From: a bacterium
GTDB taxonomy: Bacteria > Zhuqueibacterota > Zhuqueibacteria > Oceanimicrobiales > Oceanimicrobiaceae
Assembly: GCA_046757165.1 (NCBI GenBank)
Contig: JBHHXT010000016.1
Span: 1-49,219, forward strand
Reading direction: 5' to 3'
Length of the DNA: 49,219 nucleotides
Shown: piece after piece, positions 10,417 through 20,302 of the stretch
Numbering within the stretch: the stretch's first letter is position 1
Layout of the letters: every line of letters begins with the position of its first letter
Notes under the pieces: generated by a model
Databases searched by the model: none
What the model saw: only the letters and a program-made list of their open reading frames with translations
Told to the model about the DNA's origin: nothing
Made by a program: the position numbers and the translations under genes

Positions 10417-12798
10417 CTACTCGCTTCGCAGTGCATCGATGGGATCGGCGATGGCAACCCGGTAGAGTTGCGAAGAAACGGTTAGAACCGCCATGATGAG
10501 AAGACAGCCAGCAGACAGCACAAACAGGGAAACGTCCAGCTCGATGCGGTATTCATACCGAAAGTCCAGTACAAAATCCATCATGACAAAACTTAGCGGC
10601 CACGCCAGCACAAAGGCCAGGCCAAGCAAGATAAAGAATTCGCGATTCAGGAGAGCGCTGATATTCAGCATGTTGGCTCCGAGAACCTTGCGAATGCTGA
10701 ACTCTTTCATACGCTTTGTCACATCGAGCATGGTCAGGCCAAACAACCCCATACAAGTGAGCACCAGCGCCACTCCGGCCACAAACACGGAAAGGTCGCT
10801 GCGGGCCTGGTTTTGTCGAAAAAAACCGGCAAAAATCGACTCCTGGAAGAACCCCAGATAGGGCGCATCTGGAATCAACTGTTTCCAGGTCCGTTCAAGA
10901 TACGCCGCGACACTGGCCACTGCGCCGGCTTTTGCTCGTACGGCAACAAACTCGAACTCCTGCCTTCGGCAGAGCTCGAGCACCGCCGGTTGAATCCTGG
11001 TGTCAAAGCTCTCGAAATGAAAGTCCTCGACCAGACCAATGACCGTGTAGCTCTCCCCTTCGCAGATAAGGTGTTTCCCGACCGGATCGGTCAACCCAGC
11101 CTTTCTTGCCAGCGTCTCGTTGACGACAATGGCCTGACTGGCGTCTGTGCTGAGCTCTTTTTGAAAAGTGCGCCCTGACTTCAGTCTCAGTCCCATGGTC
11201 TCGAAGTACTGCAAACCGATTCTGAACCGTCGAACGTCATATTTCTTGCCATCGATCTCGACCATTCCGGAATTGCTCCTGCCTCCGACATGTCCGTGTG
11301 AGCCGGCGACGCTCACAATGTCGGGATGCTGCTCGATTTCATTTCGGAAAACCTCGTAGTGTGTCTCGCCATCGATGGGCACGACGATCACTTGCTCCTG
11401 TTTGTAGCCCCACTCGCGATTCCTCAGGTATTCAGCGTTGCGAGTAAAGGCAAACGTCATGAAGATGGTGATGAAGGAAAAAGCGAATTGTAAGGTTAGA
11501 AGGAAACGCGTGAACAGGTTCTTCCCGGCCAGTTCTTGCTGGCCCCGAAGGATGTTCACCGGCCTGAACGCCGAGATATAAAAGGCAGGATACGCACCCG
11601 CACCGATGCCGATGAGCAAAAGCAAAAGTGCGAGAAACGCCCACATCATGGGATTATCAGCCAGGTTGACTGGAATCGCGACACCGTAATTGCTCACGAT
11701 GGTGTTGAAGGCCGGTAGAAAGACGAGCTCGGCCAACAGAAAGCCCACCACCAGCACGATGAAGCACAGAAGGAGATTTTCGCTCAGAAACTGCCGCACC
11801 AGTTGCAGCCGGGTGCTACCCACTACCTTGCGAATGCCGATTTCTTTCAATCGTCTGGCCGCCGAGCCAATGGCAATATTGACGTAGTTGAAGCACGCCA
11901 GCGCCAGCAGAAACAAGCTCATCACAGCCATGGAAATCGTCCCCGCCGGGTGCGCACCGAGAAAGAGGCTGCCCCGGACATCGTACGAGTCCACCACCGC
12001 CCGTCGCAGCGGCTCGAAGATAAACGACTCAACGTGCCAATCCTCACGTGCGGCATTTTGCCAGGCAACATACTTGTGCATCTGCGCAGCAAGCGTCTCG
12101 ATCTCTGCCCCGTCGATAAGTTGAACAAAGGTGCTTCGAGTAAACGCCCCCCAGTCATCAAAGCGGTCAAAACCAAAGTCGCGCCGTTTCTCATACGGCA
12201 GCAAAATGTTGAACGAAAAACTCGTGGCCGGGCGAAAGGGTTCGGCAACACCGGCCACGAGGAATGTCTCCGTGTGGGTGTTATCATAAGTAATGGTCAG
12301 CGGCTTCCCGACCGGATTCTCATCACCGAAGTACTTCAACGCGATCTGCTCGCTCAGAACCACCGCGTTTCTGTTCCGCAAAGCAGCTTTGCGACCATAC
12401 TTCAGTGGAAAGGCAAACATGTGGAGAAAGTCTTCATCAACAAAAAGAAGATCCTCGTTGAAGATTTTGTCCCCATGTCGCACGGTGGCGACCGGGTGTT
12501 CGTTTTCTACCCTGACTGCGTATTTTACCTGTGGAAACTCCGCCTTCAGAGCGGGCGCAAGCGGTACGGGGGTGAGCGCCCAGGTGCTTTTGTGGCCGTC
12601 CAGGGTAATCGTATTTTCAACCATGAAAATGGTGTTGGCAGGGTCATGGAATGAATCCAGTGTGTAGGTGAAGTGCACGAAGGCAAACGCCACAACGCTG
12701 CAGCCGATGGCGGTCGATAACCCGAAGATATTTATGAAGGAAGACACCTTGTTTTTGATGATGTTGCGAATCGCCAGTTTGAAATGACTTTTGATCAT
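10417..12798 (-). CDS. ABC transporter permease with duplicated MacB periplasmic core and FtsX-like domains
   Basis: KLAIRNIIKNK..SFINIFGL, LACFNYVN...RRLKEIGIRKVVGS...QFLSE, GAYPAFYIS, second copy CMGLFGL...RMKEFSIRKVLGA, DPIDALRSE. No adjacent ATPase gene. Confidence 0.9.
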   Translation of the reverse strand: MIKSHFKLAIRNIIKNKVSSFINIFGLSTAIGCSVVAFAFVHFTYTLDSFHDPANTIFMVENTITLDGHKSTWALTPVPLAPALKAEFPQVKYAVRVENEHPVATVRHGDKIFNEDLLFVDEDFLHMFAFPLKYGRKAALRNRNAVVLSEQIALKYFGDENPVGKPLTITYDNTHTETFLVAGVAEPFRPATSFSFNILLPYEKRRDFGFDRFDDWGAFTRSTFVQLIDGAEIETLAAQMHKYVAWQNAAREDWHVESFIFEPLRRAVVDSYDVRGSLFLGAHPAGTISMAVMSLFLLALACFNYVNIAIGSAARRLKEIGIRKVVGSTRLQLVRQFLSENLLLCFIVLVVGFLLAELVFLPAFNTIVSNYGVAIPVNLADNPMMWAFLALLLLLIGIGAGAYPAFYISAFRPVNILRGQQELAGKNLFTRFLLTLQFAFSFITIFMTFAFTRNAEYLRNREWGYKQEQVIVVPIDGETHYEVFRNEIEQHPDIVSVAGSHGHVGGRSNSGMVEIDGKKYDVRRFRIGLQYFETMGLRLKSGRTFQKELSTDASQAIVVNETLARKAGLTDPVGKHLICEGESYTVIGLVEDFHFESFDTRIQPAVLELCRRQEFEFVAVRAKAGAVASVAAYLERTWKQLIPDAPYLGFFQESIFAGFFRQNQARSDLSVFVAGVALVLTCMGLFGLTMLDVTKRMKEFSIRKVLGANMLNISALLNREFFILLGLAFVLAWPLSFVMMDFVLDFRYEYRIELDVSLFVLSAGCLLIMAVLTVSSQLYRVAIADPIDALRSE

Positions 12799-12952
12799 GA
12801 CACCTCTTCAAAGTTATCACCTCTCGCCCTGGACCCGAATAACACCAGTTGTCTGAGATTTGGGCCGAGGCGTCTTCGCAGTTGCTGGCTTAGTTCGTTT
12901 AGTATAGCTTTTGTTTTCATGACGCTGACCTCCCTGAAGTTGATCTCTAGGG

Positions 12953-12981
12953 AAGCTAATTGAGTTTGCGAAGAAAGTCAA
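12953..12981 (-). promoter_or_regulatory. Putative sigma70 promoter for the ABC permease
   Basis: Minus strand TTGACT (12981-12976), 17-nt spacer, TAGCTT (12958-12953). Confidence 0.5.
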
Positions 12982-13045
12982 GCACAATTAAGACTCCCAC
13001 TTTTGAGCAATACTTTTTGTGCCCAGACTTCTTCGAATTTCCGGT

Positions 13046-13945
13046 TCAGTTCACGATCTTTTTCTCAAAGGTAATTCGGGTGCCGTTTTTGTTGAAGCTG
13101 ACTCTGTCCATGAGGTTGTTGATGAGCATCAGGCCCATCCCGTACGGTTTTGTTTCTCCGTCATCCTCGAGCTTATGGGGCTGGAAGCCGCTGCCTTCGT
13201 CTTCGACCGAGATTTCGATGCTCCCTGAGGTGATTCCTAACTGGATGCTTAGTTTCCGGTCGCCGTACTCAGGCGTTTGCAGGCGCTCTTCCTTGATTCT
13301 TTCGAATAGACTTCCTGCTCTGCCGTTCTCGAACTCTTCTTTCCATTCCGATCTTAGCTCGAGATTGCCGTGCTCATGGGCATTCAAGACACATTCCTCG
13401 AACGCGAGCTCGATATTCAAGAGATCGGTGCTCGAGACGTCACTATAGAGCTGAATGGTTTTCTTGATGAGGTCGCGCAGCTTGGCCAGCGGCAATTCTT
13501 TGGAAGAAAAAACGAACTGCAACTGCACCTGCTTGATCAGCTCCCGGTGGGGCAGAGTTTGCCGCGCTATTTCTCTGCTGCGTTCGATCCGGTTGAGCAG
13601 GAGTGCCAATTCCCTGATTTCAAACGGTTTCAGCAAATAATCTACGGCGCCCAACCGCAGGGCTTCCAAAACCTGGTCGTCTCTGGAGTAGGTGGCCATC
13701 AACACCACCGGGAGATTCGGGCAGATATGCGGACAGGCTTGCAAGACCTCCAGACCAGTCATCTGGTTCATGTGCACGTCGCACAATAGCAGGTCGATGC
13801 CGGGCGTCGTGCTTAGAATCTCCAGAGCTTGTTCGCCGCTCTCGGCCAGATAGACCTTTTGCTCGAGCTGAATCAGCATCTGCTTGATGATGTATCGAAT
13901 GGATCTCTGGTCGTCGACAACAAGAATACTCCTGGGCGCACTCAT
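13046..13945 (-). CDS. Response regulator: N-terminal REC plus C-terminal RsbW/SpoIIAB-like (HATPase_c_2) Ser/Thr kinase domain
   Basis: REC: ILVVDD, LCDVHM, YLLKPF. GHKL boxes: LAFEECVLNAHEHGN, VEDEGSGF, GMGLMLINNLMDRVSFN..GT. Confidence 0.85.
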   Translation of the reverse strand: MSAPRSILVVDDQRSIRYIIKQMLIQLEQKVYLAESGEQALEILSTTPGIDLLLCDVHMNQMTGLEVLQACPHICPNLPVVLMATYSRDDQVLEALRLGAVDYLLKPFEIRELALLLNRIERSREIARQTLPHRELIKQVQLQFVFSSKELPLAKLRDLIKKTIQLYSDVSSTDLLNIELAFEECVLNAHEHGNLELRSEWKEEFENGRAGSLFERIKEERLQTPEYGDRKLSIQLGITSGSIEISVEDEGSGFQPHKLEDDGETKPYGMGLMLINNLMDRVSFNKNGTRITFEKKIVN

Positions 13946-13961
13946 TCTGGCTTGATGCAGA

Positions 13962-14198
13962 CTATTCCATAACTCCTTTTGCGATCAAGAAAGGGATGAC
14001 AATATAAATGATGGTGTCTCGAACCAGGTAGTAGAGCACGATGACAAGCAGAAACCGCCATCCTTTGCGGCGCCAGAGTTCTTTGAAGCCATGATTTCTG
14101 ACGATAACGAGGCTATCGATAATGGTGCGCTTGTACAACCGAAAAAAAGCGTTGTGTTGGAGGCGGTTCCCGCTCAACGTTTTGCTGTTTGTTGCCAT
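13962..14198 (-). CDS. Small basic membrane protein of unknown function (78 aa)
   Basis: Fills the gap between cheR and the REC-kinase gene in the same orientation. AGGGG RBS-like element. Hydrophobic C-terminal half GWRFLLVIVLYYLVRDTIIYIVIPFLI. Confidence 0.65.
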   Translation of the reverse strand: MATNSKTLSGNRLQHNAFFRLYKRTIIDSLVIVRNHGFKELWRRKGWRFLLVIVLYYLVRDTIIYIVIPFLIAKGVME

Positions 14199-14223
14199 AG
14201 TGGATCCCCTGAACAAATGATGG

Positions 14224-15114
14224 TTACTCGGTCCGGACGGTATGCCATGGGTGATGACTGTTGTGTTTGGCGTAAAACGGGGCCCGGCAGATTTTGATCC
14301 CTTCGAATTTGTCGCTCACATTCAGCGCCGTTTCGGAGCCGCCGAGGGCAAGCAGCCCTTCGTTGGTCATGACGCGGTGAATTCTGTCGAGGATGGTGCG
14401 TTTGGTCTCGATATCGAAGTAGATGAGCACATTGCGGCAAAAAATCAGGTCGAAGCGGCCCAGCCCCGTGGCGTCATTTTGCAGCACATGGTGCCGAAAC
14501 GCGACATGCGCCTTCACTTCGGGCTTGATCTTCCATACGTGCCCGATCTGCACAAAGTATTTCATCAGCAATCTCACGGGGAGTCCACGGCTCACCTCGA
14601 GTTGTGAATAGATCCCCTCACGAGCATGGTCCAGTGCGCTGGTTGAAATATCTGTGGCAACCACCCGAACCAGCCAGTCCTTGAAGAGTCCGCTTTCAGC
14701 GATAGTCATGGCAATACTGTAGGGCTCCTGGCCGGTCGAGCAGGCGGCTGACCAGACTTGCAAGACTTTCGACGTCTTCGCCCGAAAAATGGCCGGAAGG
14801 ATGACTTTTTCGAGGGCTTCAAAGGGTTTCGTGTCCCGGAACCAAAGGGTTTCGTTGGTTGTGAGCGCATCGAGCACCAGGGTTTGCAGTTGGGGTGGGT
14901 TGTTTGCCAGTTCCCGGCACACGTCAGAGACCGTCTGCAACCCTGCCATCTTCGCCACTGACCGGAGCCGGTTTTCAATCAAATACCGTTTGCTCTCCCC
15001 GAGCAAGATACCGCTGCGCTGGTAGATGAATTGGGAGATAAACTCTATCTGCTCTTTGGATAACGTGTCCTTGGTCGCGGTTCCTGCGCCGGCTCGAGTC
15101 GACTCTGCCCTCAT
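14224..15114 (-). CDS. cheR: Chemotaxis protein-glutamate O-methyltransferase CheR (cluster 1)
   Basis: TTNETLWFRD, VWSAACSTGQEPYSIAM, ATDIS, FDLIFCRNVLIYFD, LGGSE. Confidence 0.95.
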   Translation of the reverse strand: MRAESTRAGAGTATKDTLSKEQIEFISQFIYQRSGILLGESKRYLIENRLRSVAKMAGLQTVSDVCRELANNPPQLQTLVLDALTTNETLWFRDTKPFEALEKVILPAIFRAKTSKVLQVWSAACSTGQEPYSIAMTIAESGLFKDWLVRVVATDISTSALDHAREGIYSQLEVSRGLPVRLLMKYFVQIGHVWKIKPEVKAHVAFRHHVLQNDATGLGRFDLIFCRNVLIYFDIETKRTILDRIHRVMTNEGLLALGGSETALNVSDKFEGIKICRAPFYAKHNSHHPWHTVRTE

Positions 15115-15122
15115 AACTCATC

Positions 15123-16178
15123 CTAAATGATAAACTGGGTGATGGCATGAAACATCGTGTCCAGAGGCGCGACAGCATCTGCCATATTGTTCTCGACGAT
15201 AAAACGTGGCATGCCCCAGACGACGCTTGACGCCTCATCTTGCGCGATGATCGGCGCGCCTGCCGCTTTCATGACCTTGCTGCCCTCCAATCCATCCTTG
15301 CCCATGCCCGTCATAATCACGCCTACTGCTTTTTTTCCATAATGCTCTGCGACCGAGCGGAAAAGCACATCGACCGCGGGCCGGCAGTAATTCTCTTGTG
15401 GCCCCTGGAACACGTGAATGTGAGGCTGGAAGCTGTGGCTGATGACCTCCATATGGAAATCTCCCGGGGCAATGTAGGCGTTGCCTCCGACAATCGGTTC
15501 CCCGTCTACGGCCTCGTGAGCCGGGACGGTACCAACCCTGGAAAGCTGCTCTGCCAGCTTTCTGGTAAAAATGGCCGGCATGTGCTGTACGATGAGAATG
15601 GGCTGGTGCAGGTTCTTCGGGATTTGTTCAAAAAATGCCATCAGACTGTTGGGTCCACCGGTGCTGATTCCGATCACAATCACCTCCCTGCGCGCGAGGC
15701 GAGTGACCGGCGTTGGCGCCGGAATATCTGTTCTTGCAGGTCTGGCAGCCGCCCGGCTGCGGAGTTCGGCCCGGCTAAACTCAATGACCTTTGGCAGCAA
15801 GCTGCGCCGGATATTTGCCAGGCTTTGTTCCAGACTTCCGCTCGATCTCGGTTTGGTGACAAAGTCGATGGCGCCCAACTCCAGGGCTTGCAAGGTCAAC
15901 TCGGCCCCCTTTTCAGTGAGGTGGCTGAAAACAATTGTCTTGATTTCCGGGTACCGGTTTTTCAGCTCTCTGAGAGTTTGCAGGCCGTCCACTTCTGGCA
16001 TCTCCATGTCGAGCGTAATCAGATCCGGTGGATTCTGCGGGATCTTCTCGAGCGCAATGGCGCCATTGGGTGCGCTTGTAAGCACCTGGATATTGGCGTC
16101 CTCCGACAAAACATCGGTGATCGCTCTGCGATAGAGGGCTGAATCATCAACCACCATGACGCGTACGGGAGTTGCCAT
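15123..16178 (-). CDS. cheB: Chemotaxis methylesterase CheB (cluster 1)
   Basis: REC (VVDDS, TLDMEMP, FVTKP) plus esterase motifs GISTGGP, VQHMP, TGMGKDG, QDEASSVVWGMP. Confidence 0.95.
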   Translation of the reverse strand: MATPVRVMVVDDSALYRRAITDVLSEDANIQVLTSAPNGAIALEKIPQNPPDLITLDMEMPEVDGLQTLRELKNRYPEIKTIVFSHLTEKGAELTLQALELGAIDFVTKPRSSGSLEQSLANIRRSLLPKVIEFSRAELRSRAAARPARTDIPAPTPVTRLARREVIVIGISTGGPNSLMAFFEQIPKNLHQPILIVQHMPAIFTRKLAEQLSRVGTVPAHEAVDGEPIVGGNAYIAPGDFHMEVISHSFQPHIHVFQGPQENYCRPAVDVLFRSVAEHYGKKAVGVIMTGMGKDGLEGSKVMKAAGAPIIAQDEASSVVWGMPRFIVENNMADAVAPLDTMFHAITQFII

Positions 16179-16194
16179 GATACTGACTAACCTT

Positions 16195-16566
16195 TTACTG
16201 GGTTGTGGCTACGGTTGATTGAATCTTTTCAAGCATCACATCTGGCGTAAACGGCTTCATGATATATTCATCCGCGCCGGCATCCATTGCTGATAAGATG
16301 TTGGCCATCCTATTGAGTGCCGTGAGCATGATGATCTTGGTGTTCGGCGCCAGGTTGTTCTGCCGGACTTCTGTCAGGAAACTCAGACCATCCATTTCCG
16401 GCATTTCCCAATCCAGCAGAATGACGTCGAATGAATTCTCCTTTTTGACGGCCTCCAGCGCCTCCGCGCCGTTGGTCGCCTCGTGAATCTCGAATCCTTC
16501 GGGTTGCAGAATGTTGCGCACCATCGCTCGGACGGTGGCGGCGTCATCGACTGTCAATACTTTCAT
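16195..16566 (-). CDS. cheY: CheY-like single-domain response regulator
   Basis: VDDAATVR, LLDWEMPEMDG, MLTA, YIMKPF; lies between the MCP and cheB. Confidence 0.85.
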   Translation of the reverse strand: MKVLTVDDAATVRAMVRNILQPEGFEIHEATNGAEALEAVKKENSFDVILLDWEMPEMDGLSFLTEVRQNNLAPNTKIIMLTALNRMANILSAMDAGADEYIMKPFTPDVMLEKIQSTVATTQ

Positions 16567-16664
16567 TTCTGATCCGTATGTTACTCCAAAGTTGCTGCTG
16601 GCCTTCCCTTTCTGGGTGTAGAAAAGAAACGGAAGGTCAGGCTGCTCGATTCATTATCGCAGCC

Positions 16665-16762
16665 ATGATCCGACACCGTTTGTAACGGTGTCTTTTTGAG
16701 TTCAAGTTAATCAAAATGTAAAGAGCTTAGTCAAAACACGGTCACAGACCGTGTTGGATCAT
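16665..16762. repeat. Inverted pair of short palindromes (REPIN-like doublet)
   Basis: ATGATCCGACACCGTTTGTAACGGTGTC on the plus strand and ATGATCCAACACGGTCTGTGACCGTGTT on the minus strand; each forms its own hairpin. Confidence 0.65.
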
Positions 16763-16789
16763 TTTTGCCGATTGCTCCGTAGCAGTTGC

Positions 16790-19495
16790 TTAGATTTTCA
16801 TCTGGGCAACCAGCTCCTGCATTTCTTTTGCCAGCTCGGTCAGTCCCTCGGAATGCTCTTTGGTTGTGGTCGCTCCGGCCGCCGTGTCGCTGGCGGCTTG
16901 TGAAACCTGGGTAATATTTTCGACGATGGAATCGGCGCTGGTGGCGGCTTCCGTGACACTGAGCGAGATATCGCTGGCTGTTGTCGCTTGTTCTTCAACG
17001 GCCGAGGCAATGGTGCTGGCAATCTCATTGATCTTATTGATAATATCGGCAACCGATTTGATCGATTCTACCGAGTTGCCACTATCGGCCTGAATTTGTT
17101 CGATCTTCTGAGTGATGTCTTCGGTGGCTTTCGCGGTTTCTTTTGCCAGCTCCTTGACTTCATTGGCAACCACTGCGAAGCCCTTGCCAGCTTCACCTGC
17201 CCTGGCCGCTTCGATGGTGGCATTCAGGGCCAGGAGGTTGGTTTGCTCAGCGATGGAGGTGATCACTTTGATGACTTTGCTGATCTCCTGGGAACTTTCC
17301 CCCAGGTTGGAGATGATCTTGTTCGCTTCGCCGGCGAGCTCTACGGCGTTGTCCGCCACCCGGGCCGCCTCCGCAGCTCTGTCAGCGACTTCCTTAATGG
17401 TTGTGTTCATTTCTTCAATAGCGGTCGCGACCCCACTGATATTTCTGCTGACTTCTTCGCTGGCGCTGGAAACGTTGTTCGCCTGGGCCGAGGTCTCTTC
17501 CGCGTTGCCCGCCATCTGGTTGGCAATGGTAACCAGTTCATTTGAAGATTCGTTGAGCCGGTTGGCCGCGTCTTGCGTCGCGTCACGAATGGACACTTTA
17601 TCGGTCACATCTTCCCAGGACAGCGTGTTGCCGAGATAATTCCCGTCAAAGCCCATAATCGCCGTCACCGCCAGGGAAAAGGTCAGGTTGGCAACCTTGA
17701 TCGTGGTTTCATACGGCAAATTTTTGGGATCAGAGAGCAATTTGCGCTGGTGCTCGGGATTCTCGTGGAACATGTCGATGCAGGCGCCCAGCACTTCATC
17801 CGGATTGAAACCGAATACCTGCCGGAAGGTCGCTTCGTGTTCCTTGAACAGAGACTTTGAGGCCGCATTCAAGTAGGTGACGATGAAGTCCCGGTCGATC
17901 AGCATCACAGGCGTCTTGGCTTCGTTTAGAGCCTGTTGCAATCGCGCGGCCACTTTCAGTTGCACCTGGCGTTCCAGGGAAGCGGAAATGAGTCTGGAGA
18001 CATTGCGCAATGTATCGAGTCGTTCTTCAGATAAGGTGATTGTCTGCAAGGCAAAAAAACCCATCGTGCCGAAGACCTCGCCGTTCATGAAGATGGGCAG
18101 GCAGACGGCGGATTTCACCCCGGCGTTCCTGGCGATCGGAGCCAGGACAGAATCTGTCATCGTGCCGATATCTGCAACAAAAAACAGCTCTCGCTTTTTC
18201 CAGGCCCGGCCGCTCAGTCCCACCCCTTCTTTGAAAGTCGCCGTCCTGCTGCCATTGCGAAATTCCTCGCTCACCTGGCCGGAATCCAGAATGAACTTCA
18301 AGACTTTTTCGTCGGGGTCAAGACTCCAATAGGAGCCATAGGCCCATCCGAAGGCCTCGCGCACCTTGTCGACCGCTCGTTGCGTGGTTTCTTCAACCGT
18401 GCTGGCATCGATGAGCGCAGTCAGCACGTTGGTGACGGCCTTCGCGTTTTGAATGTTTTCTTGCAAGGCCTGCTCCTTCTTCAATTGCTCAGTAATGGGG
18501 ATCCAGTTGACGACATTGCCGATATACTCGCCCTTGTCATTGTAGATGGCATTGATGTCGGTCTCCAGGCAGACATCGCCAAAATTGAAGGTCGCATGGT
18601 GTGGCAAGGCCCCCGGGTTGTTCAAGATTTTTTCGACTTTCTCGGGCGCGCGGTGGAAACGGTGAATGGAGCCGTTTAGAATTTCCTTTGCCGAGATGTT
18701 GAATATTCTCTTTATCTCCGGTTCGACAGCTTTGATCGTTTCTTCCGCCTTTCGGTTCATGTAGATGAGCTTGAGGTTTCTATCGCAGATAAACACATTT
18801 GTTTGCAGGGCGTCCAAAGCCGCTTTTGACAGCCCCAGGACGGAGTCGGGCTCCTGAGGCGATGTTTCTGCAACCGGGTCGGTTTTGACGCCCCCTTGTG
18901 CACTGAAGGTCTTGCTAGCCATGCCTTTGCTACCTCCGTTTATGGGTTGTTGTTTGTTTACGGTTTGCCGGGTTTGTTTTGTTGTCCCCGGTTTCTTGAC
19001 GTTTGCGTTCGAATAAGCTGCAAGCATTGTCGAGGCGACTGCTTGCAGCGCCTTTGACCATGCTGCGTTATTTTCGTCGTTCCACTGGGTGCCGGCAAAC
19101 TCCTGCATCACATCGAGCAGGGTTTCGGTAACTGCGCCGTAATGTTCTTTCCTGGCGCCGAGTTTCTGATGTTTCTTGCCGAGAAATTGCAGAGCCGGCA
19201 GCAACTGGTCCGGATTGCGCAGGTTGCGGATAACCAGCTCGAGAGCACCCAGCAGCATCTTCTCCTGCTTTTTCATGTCCGTGCTGGCAAACATCGGTTT
19301 GATGGCTGGATAGCGCTTGAAGAGCTCGTCGTAAAAGCGCGCGGCCAGCTGTAGCCCTTTGGGAGCCACGACTGCAAAAGTGCGCTCGAGCAGTTCGATA
19401 TTTAGTCCGAGATGATTATCTTGCGTTGCCCCATCAGGTGCAACCGCACCTGATGCGTTGGTTTTTTTTCTGCTCCTGGATTTTGCTTGCGCCAT
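16790..19495 (-). CDS. Soluble methyl-accepting chemotaxis protein: globin-PAS-GAF-PAS-MCP signalling domain
   Basis: No TM segments. Globin at aa ~31-161 (Y55, F69, Q77, H109). PAS at ~225-335 and ~520-630. GAF at ~350-510 ([16 protein letters not shown]). MCP core [45 protein letters not shown] upstream. Confidence 0.92.
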   Translation of the reverse strand: MAQAKSRSRKKTNASGAVAPDGATQDNHLGLNIELLERTFAVVAPKGLQLAARFYDELFKRYPAIKPMFASTDMKKQEKMLLGALELVIRNLRNPDQLLPALQFLGKKHQKLGARKEHYGAVTETLLDVMQEFAGTQWNDENNAAWSKALQAVASTMLAAYSNANVKKPGTTKQTRQTVNKQQPINGGSKGMASKTFSAQGGVKTDPVAETSPQEPDSVLGLSKAALDALQTNVFICDRNLKLIYMNRKAEETIKAVEPEIKRIFNISAKEILNGSIHRFHRAPEKVEKILNNPGALPHHATFNFGDVCLETDINAIYNDKGEYIGNVVNWIPITEQLKKEQALQENIQNAKAVTNVLTALIDASTVEETTQRAVDKVREAFGWAYGSYWSLDPDEKVLKFILDSGQVSEEFRNGSRTATFKEGVGLSGRAWKKRELFFVADIGTMTDSVLAPIARNAGVKSAVCLPIFMNGEVFGTMGFFALQTITLSEERLDTLRNVSRLISASLERQVQLKVAARLQQALNEAKTPVMLIDRDFIVTYLNAASKSLFKEHEATFRQVFGFNPDEVLGACIDMFHENPEHQRKLLSDPKNLPYETTIKVANLTFSLAVTAIMGFDGNYLGNTLSWEDVTDKVSIRDATQDAANRLNESSNELVTIANQMAGNAEETSAQANNVSSASEEVSRNISGVATAIEEMNTTIKEVADRAAEAARVADNAVELAGEANKIISNLGESSQEISKVIKVITSIAEQTNLLALNATIEAARAGEAGKGFAVVANEVKELAKETAKATEDITQKIEQIQADSGNSVESIKSVADIINKINEIASTIASAVEEQATTASDISLSVTEAATSADSIVENITQVSQAASDTAAGATTTKEHSEGLTELAKEMQELVAQMKI

Positions 19496-19529
19496 TTTAT
19501 GTGTCCTCCATGATAGGGGGTTCCGGTGA

Positions 19530-19651
19530 AACCCTTTCAGGCCATACTGAACATCTTACGCCAAAGGCGTTATACAACACAGCCCAGGGTTGCCTGGCAA
19601 CCCTGGAACCCTGGGTAAGAGAGTACAATAGCCCCCAACCCTGAAAGGGTT
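19530..19651. repeat. Multi-hairpin palindromic element (REP/MITE-like) between cheW and the MCP
   Basis: 12-bp terminal IR AACCCTTTCAGG (19530-19541) / CCTGAAAGGGTT (19640-19651). Internal ACGCC-AAA-GGCGT, CCAGGGTTGCC-T-GGCAACCCTGG (19584-19606) and AACCCT-GAA-AGGGTT. Confidence 0.75.
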
Positions 19652-19730
19652 GAACAAGACAGTGCGGTTATCCTGAACTTGCCCTGATCTCAGTTCTTTG
19701 CCATGCATTCGCATACTATCAGACTTGATT

Positions 19731-20210
19731 CTAATTCTTGTCGATGGCCAGGATTTGGTCGACATCGAGAATCAGCAGCAGCTCACCTTCCAACTTGCAC
19801 ACGCCTTTCAGGTACTCGCTTTTGATCGAATGCAGAGTCGGGGGTGGCGGCTCCATCAAGCGCTTTTCAACATCGAGAACGTCACCGATTTCATCGACCA
19901 GCAGGCTGACCACGCCATCGCTGCTATTGACCACGAGATTCATGCTCTTCGGCTTGGCCGGTTCATGGCGTTCGCTGATGCGGACTCCGAGATCGATTGC
20001 TGTCACAATCTGGCCGCGCAGATTGATAAGACCGGAGACGTAGTTTGGGGCCAAAGGAATCGGCGTCATTTCCTGCGCTTTCAGGATCTCTTGTACGTGC
20101 AAGACTTCGACGCCAAAGAACTCTTTGCCCAACCTGAAGGTTGCATACTGCTCCTGCTTTTCTGTGCTGAGCACGTCAGAGTCGAATCGGTCTGTCAGTG
20201 TACGCGCCAT
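19731..20210 (-). CDS. cheW: Chemotaxis coupling protein CheW (cluster 1)
   Basis: YATFRLG..FFGV.V..VQEI, TPIPLAP.YVSGLINLRGQIVTAIDL, LLVDEIGDV, LILDVDQI. ATG at 20210 preferred. Confidence 0.95.
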   Translation of the reverse strand: MARTLTDRFDSDVLSTEKQEQYATFRLGKEFFGVEVLHVQEILKAQEMTPIPLAPNYVSGLINLRGQIVTAIDLGVRISERHEPAKPKSMNLVVNSSDGVVSLLVDEIGDVLDVEKRLMEPPPPTLHSIKSEYLKGVCKLEGELLLILDVDQILAIDKN

Positions 20211-20302
20211 GACAGTTGACACCTTATGTTTCAATTAACAATCTGGCAGATTCCCCCTGCGAGGGCCAAATCGGCCCCCGCAAGGGATGGCCTGCTGGGT
20301 TT

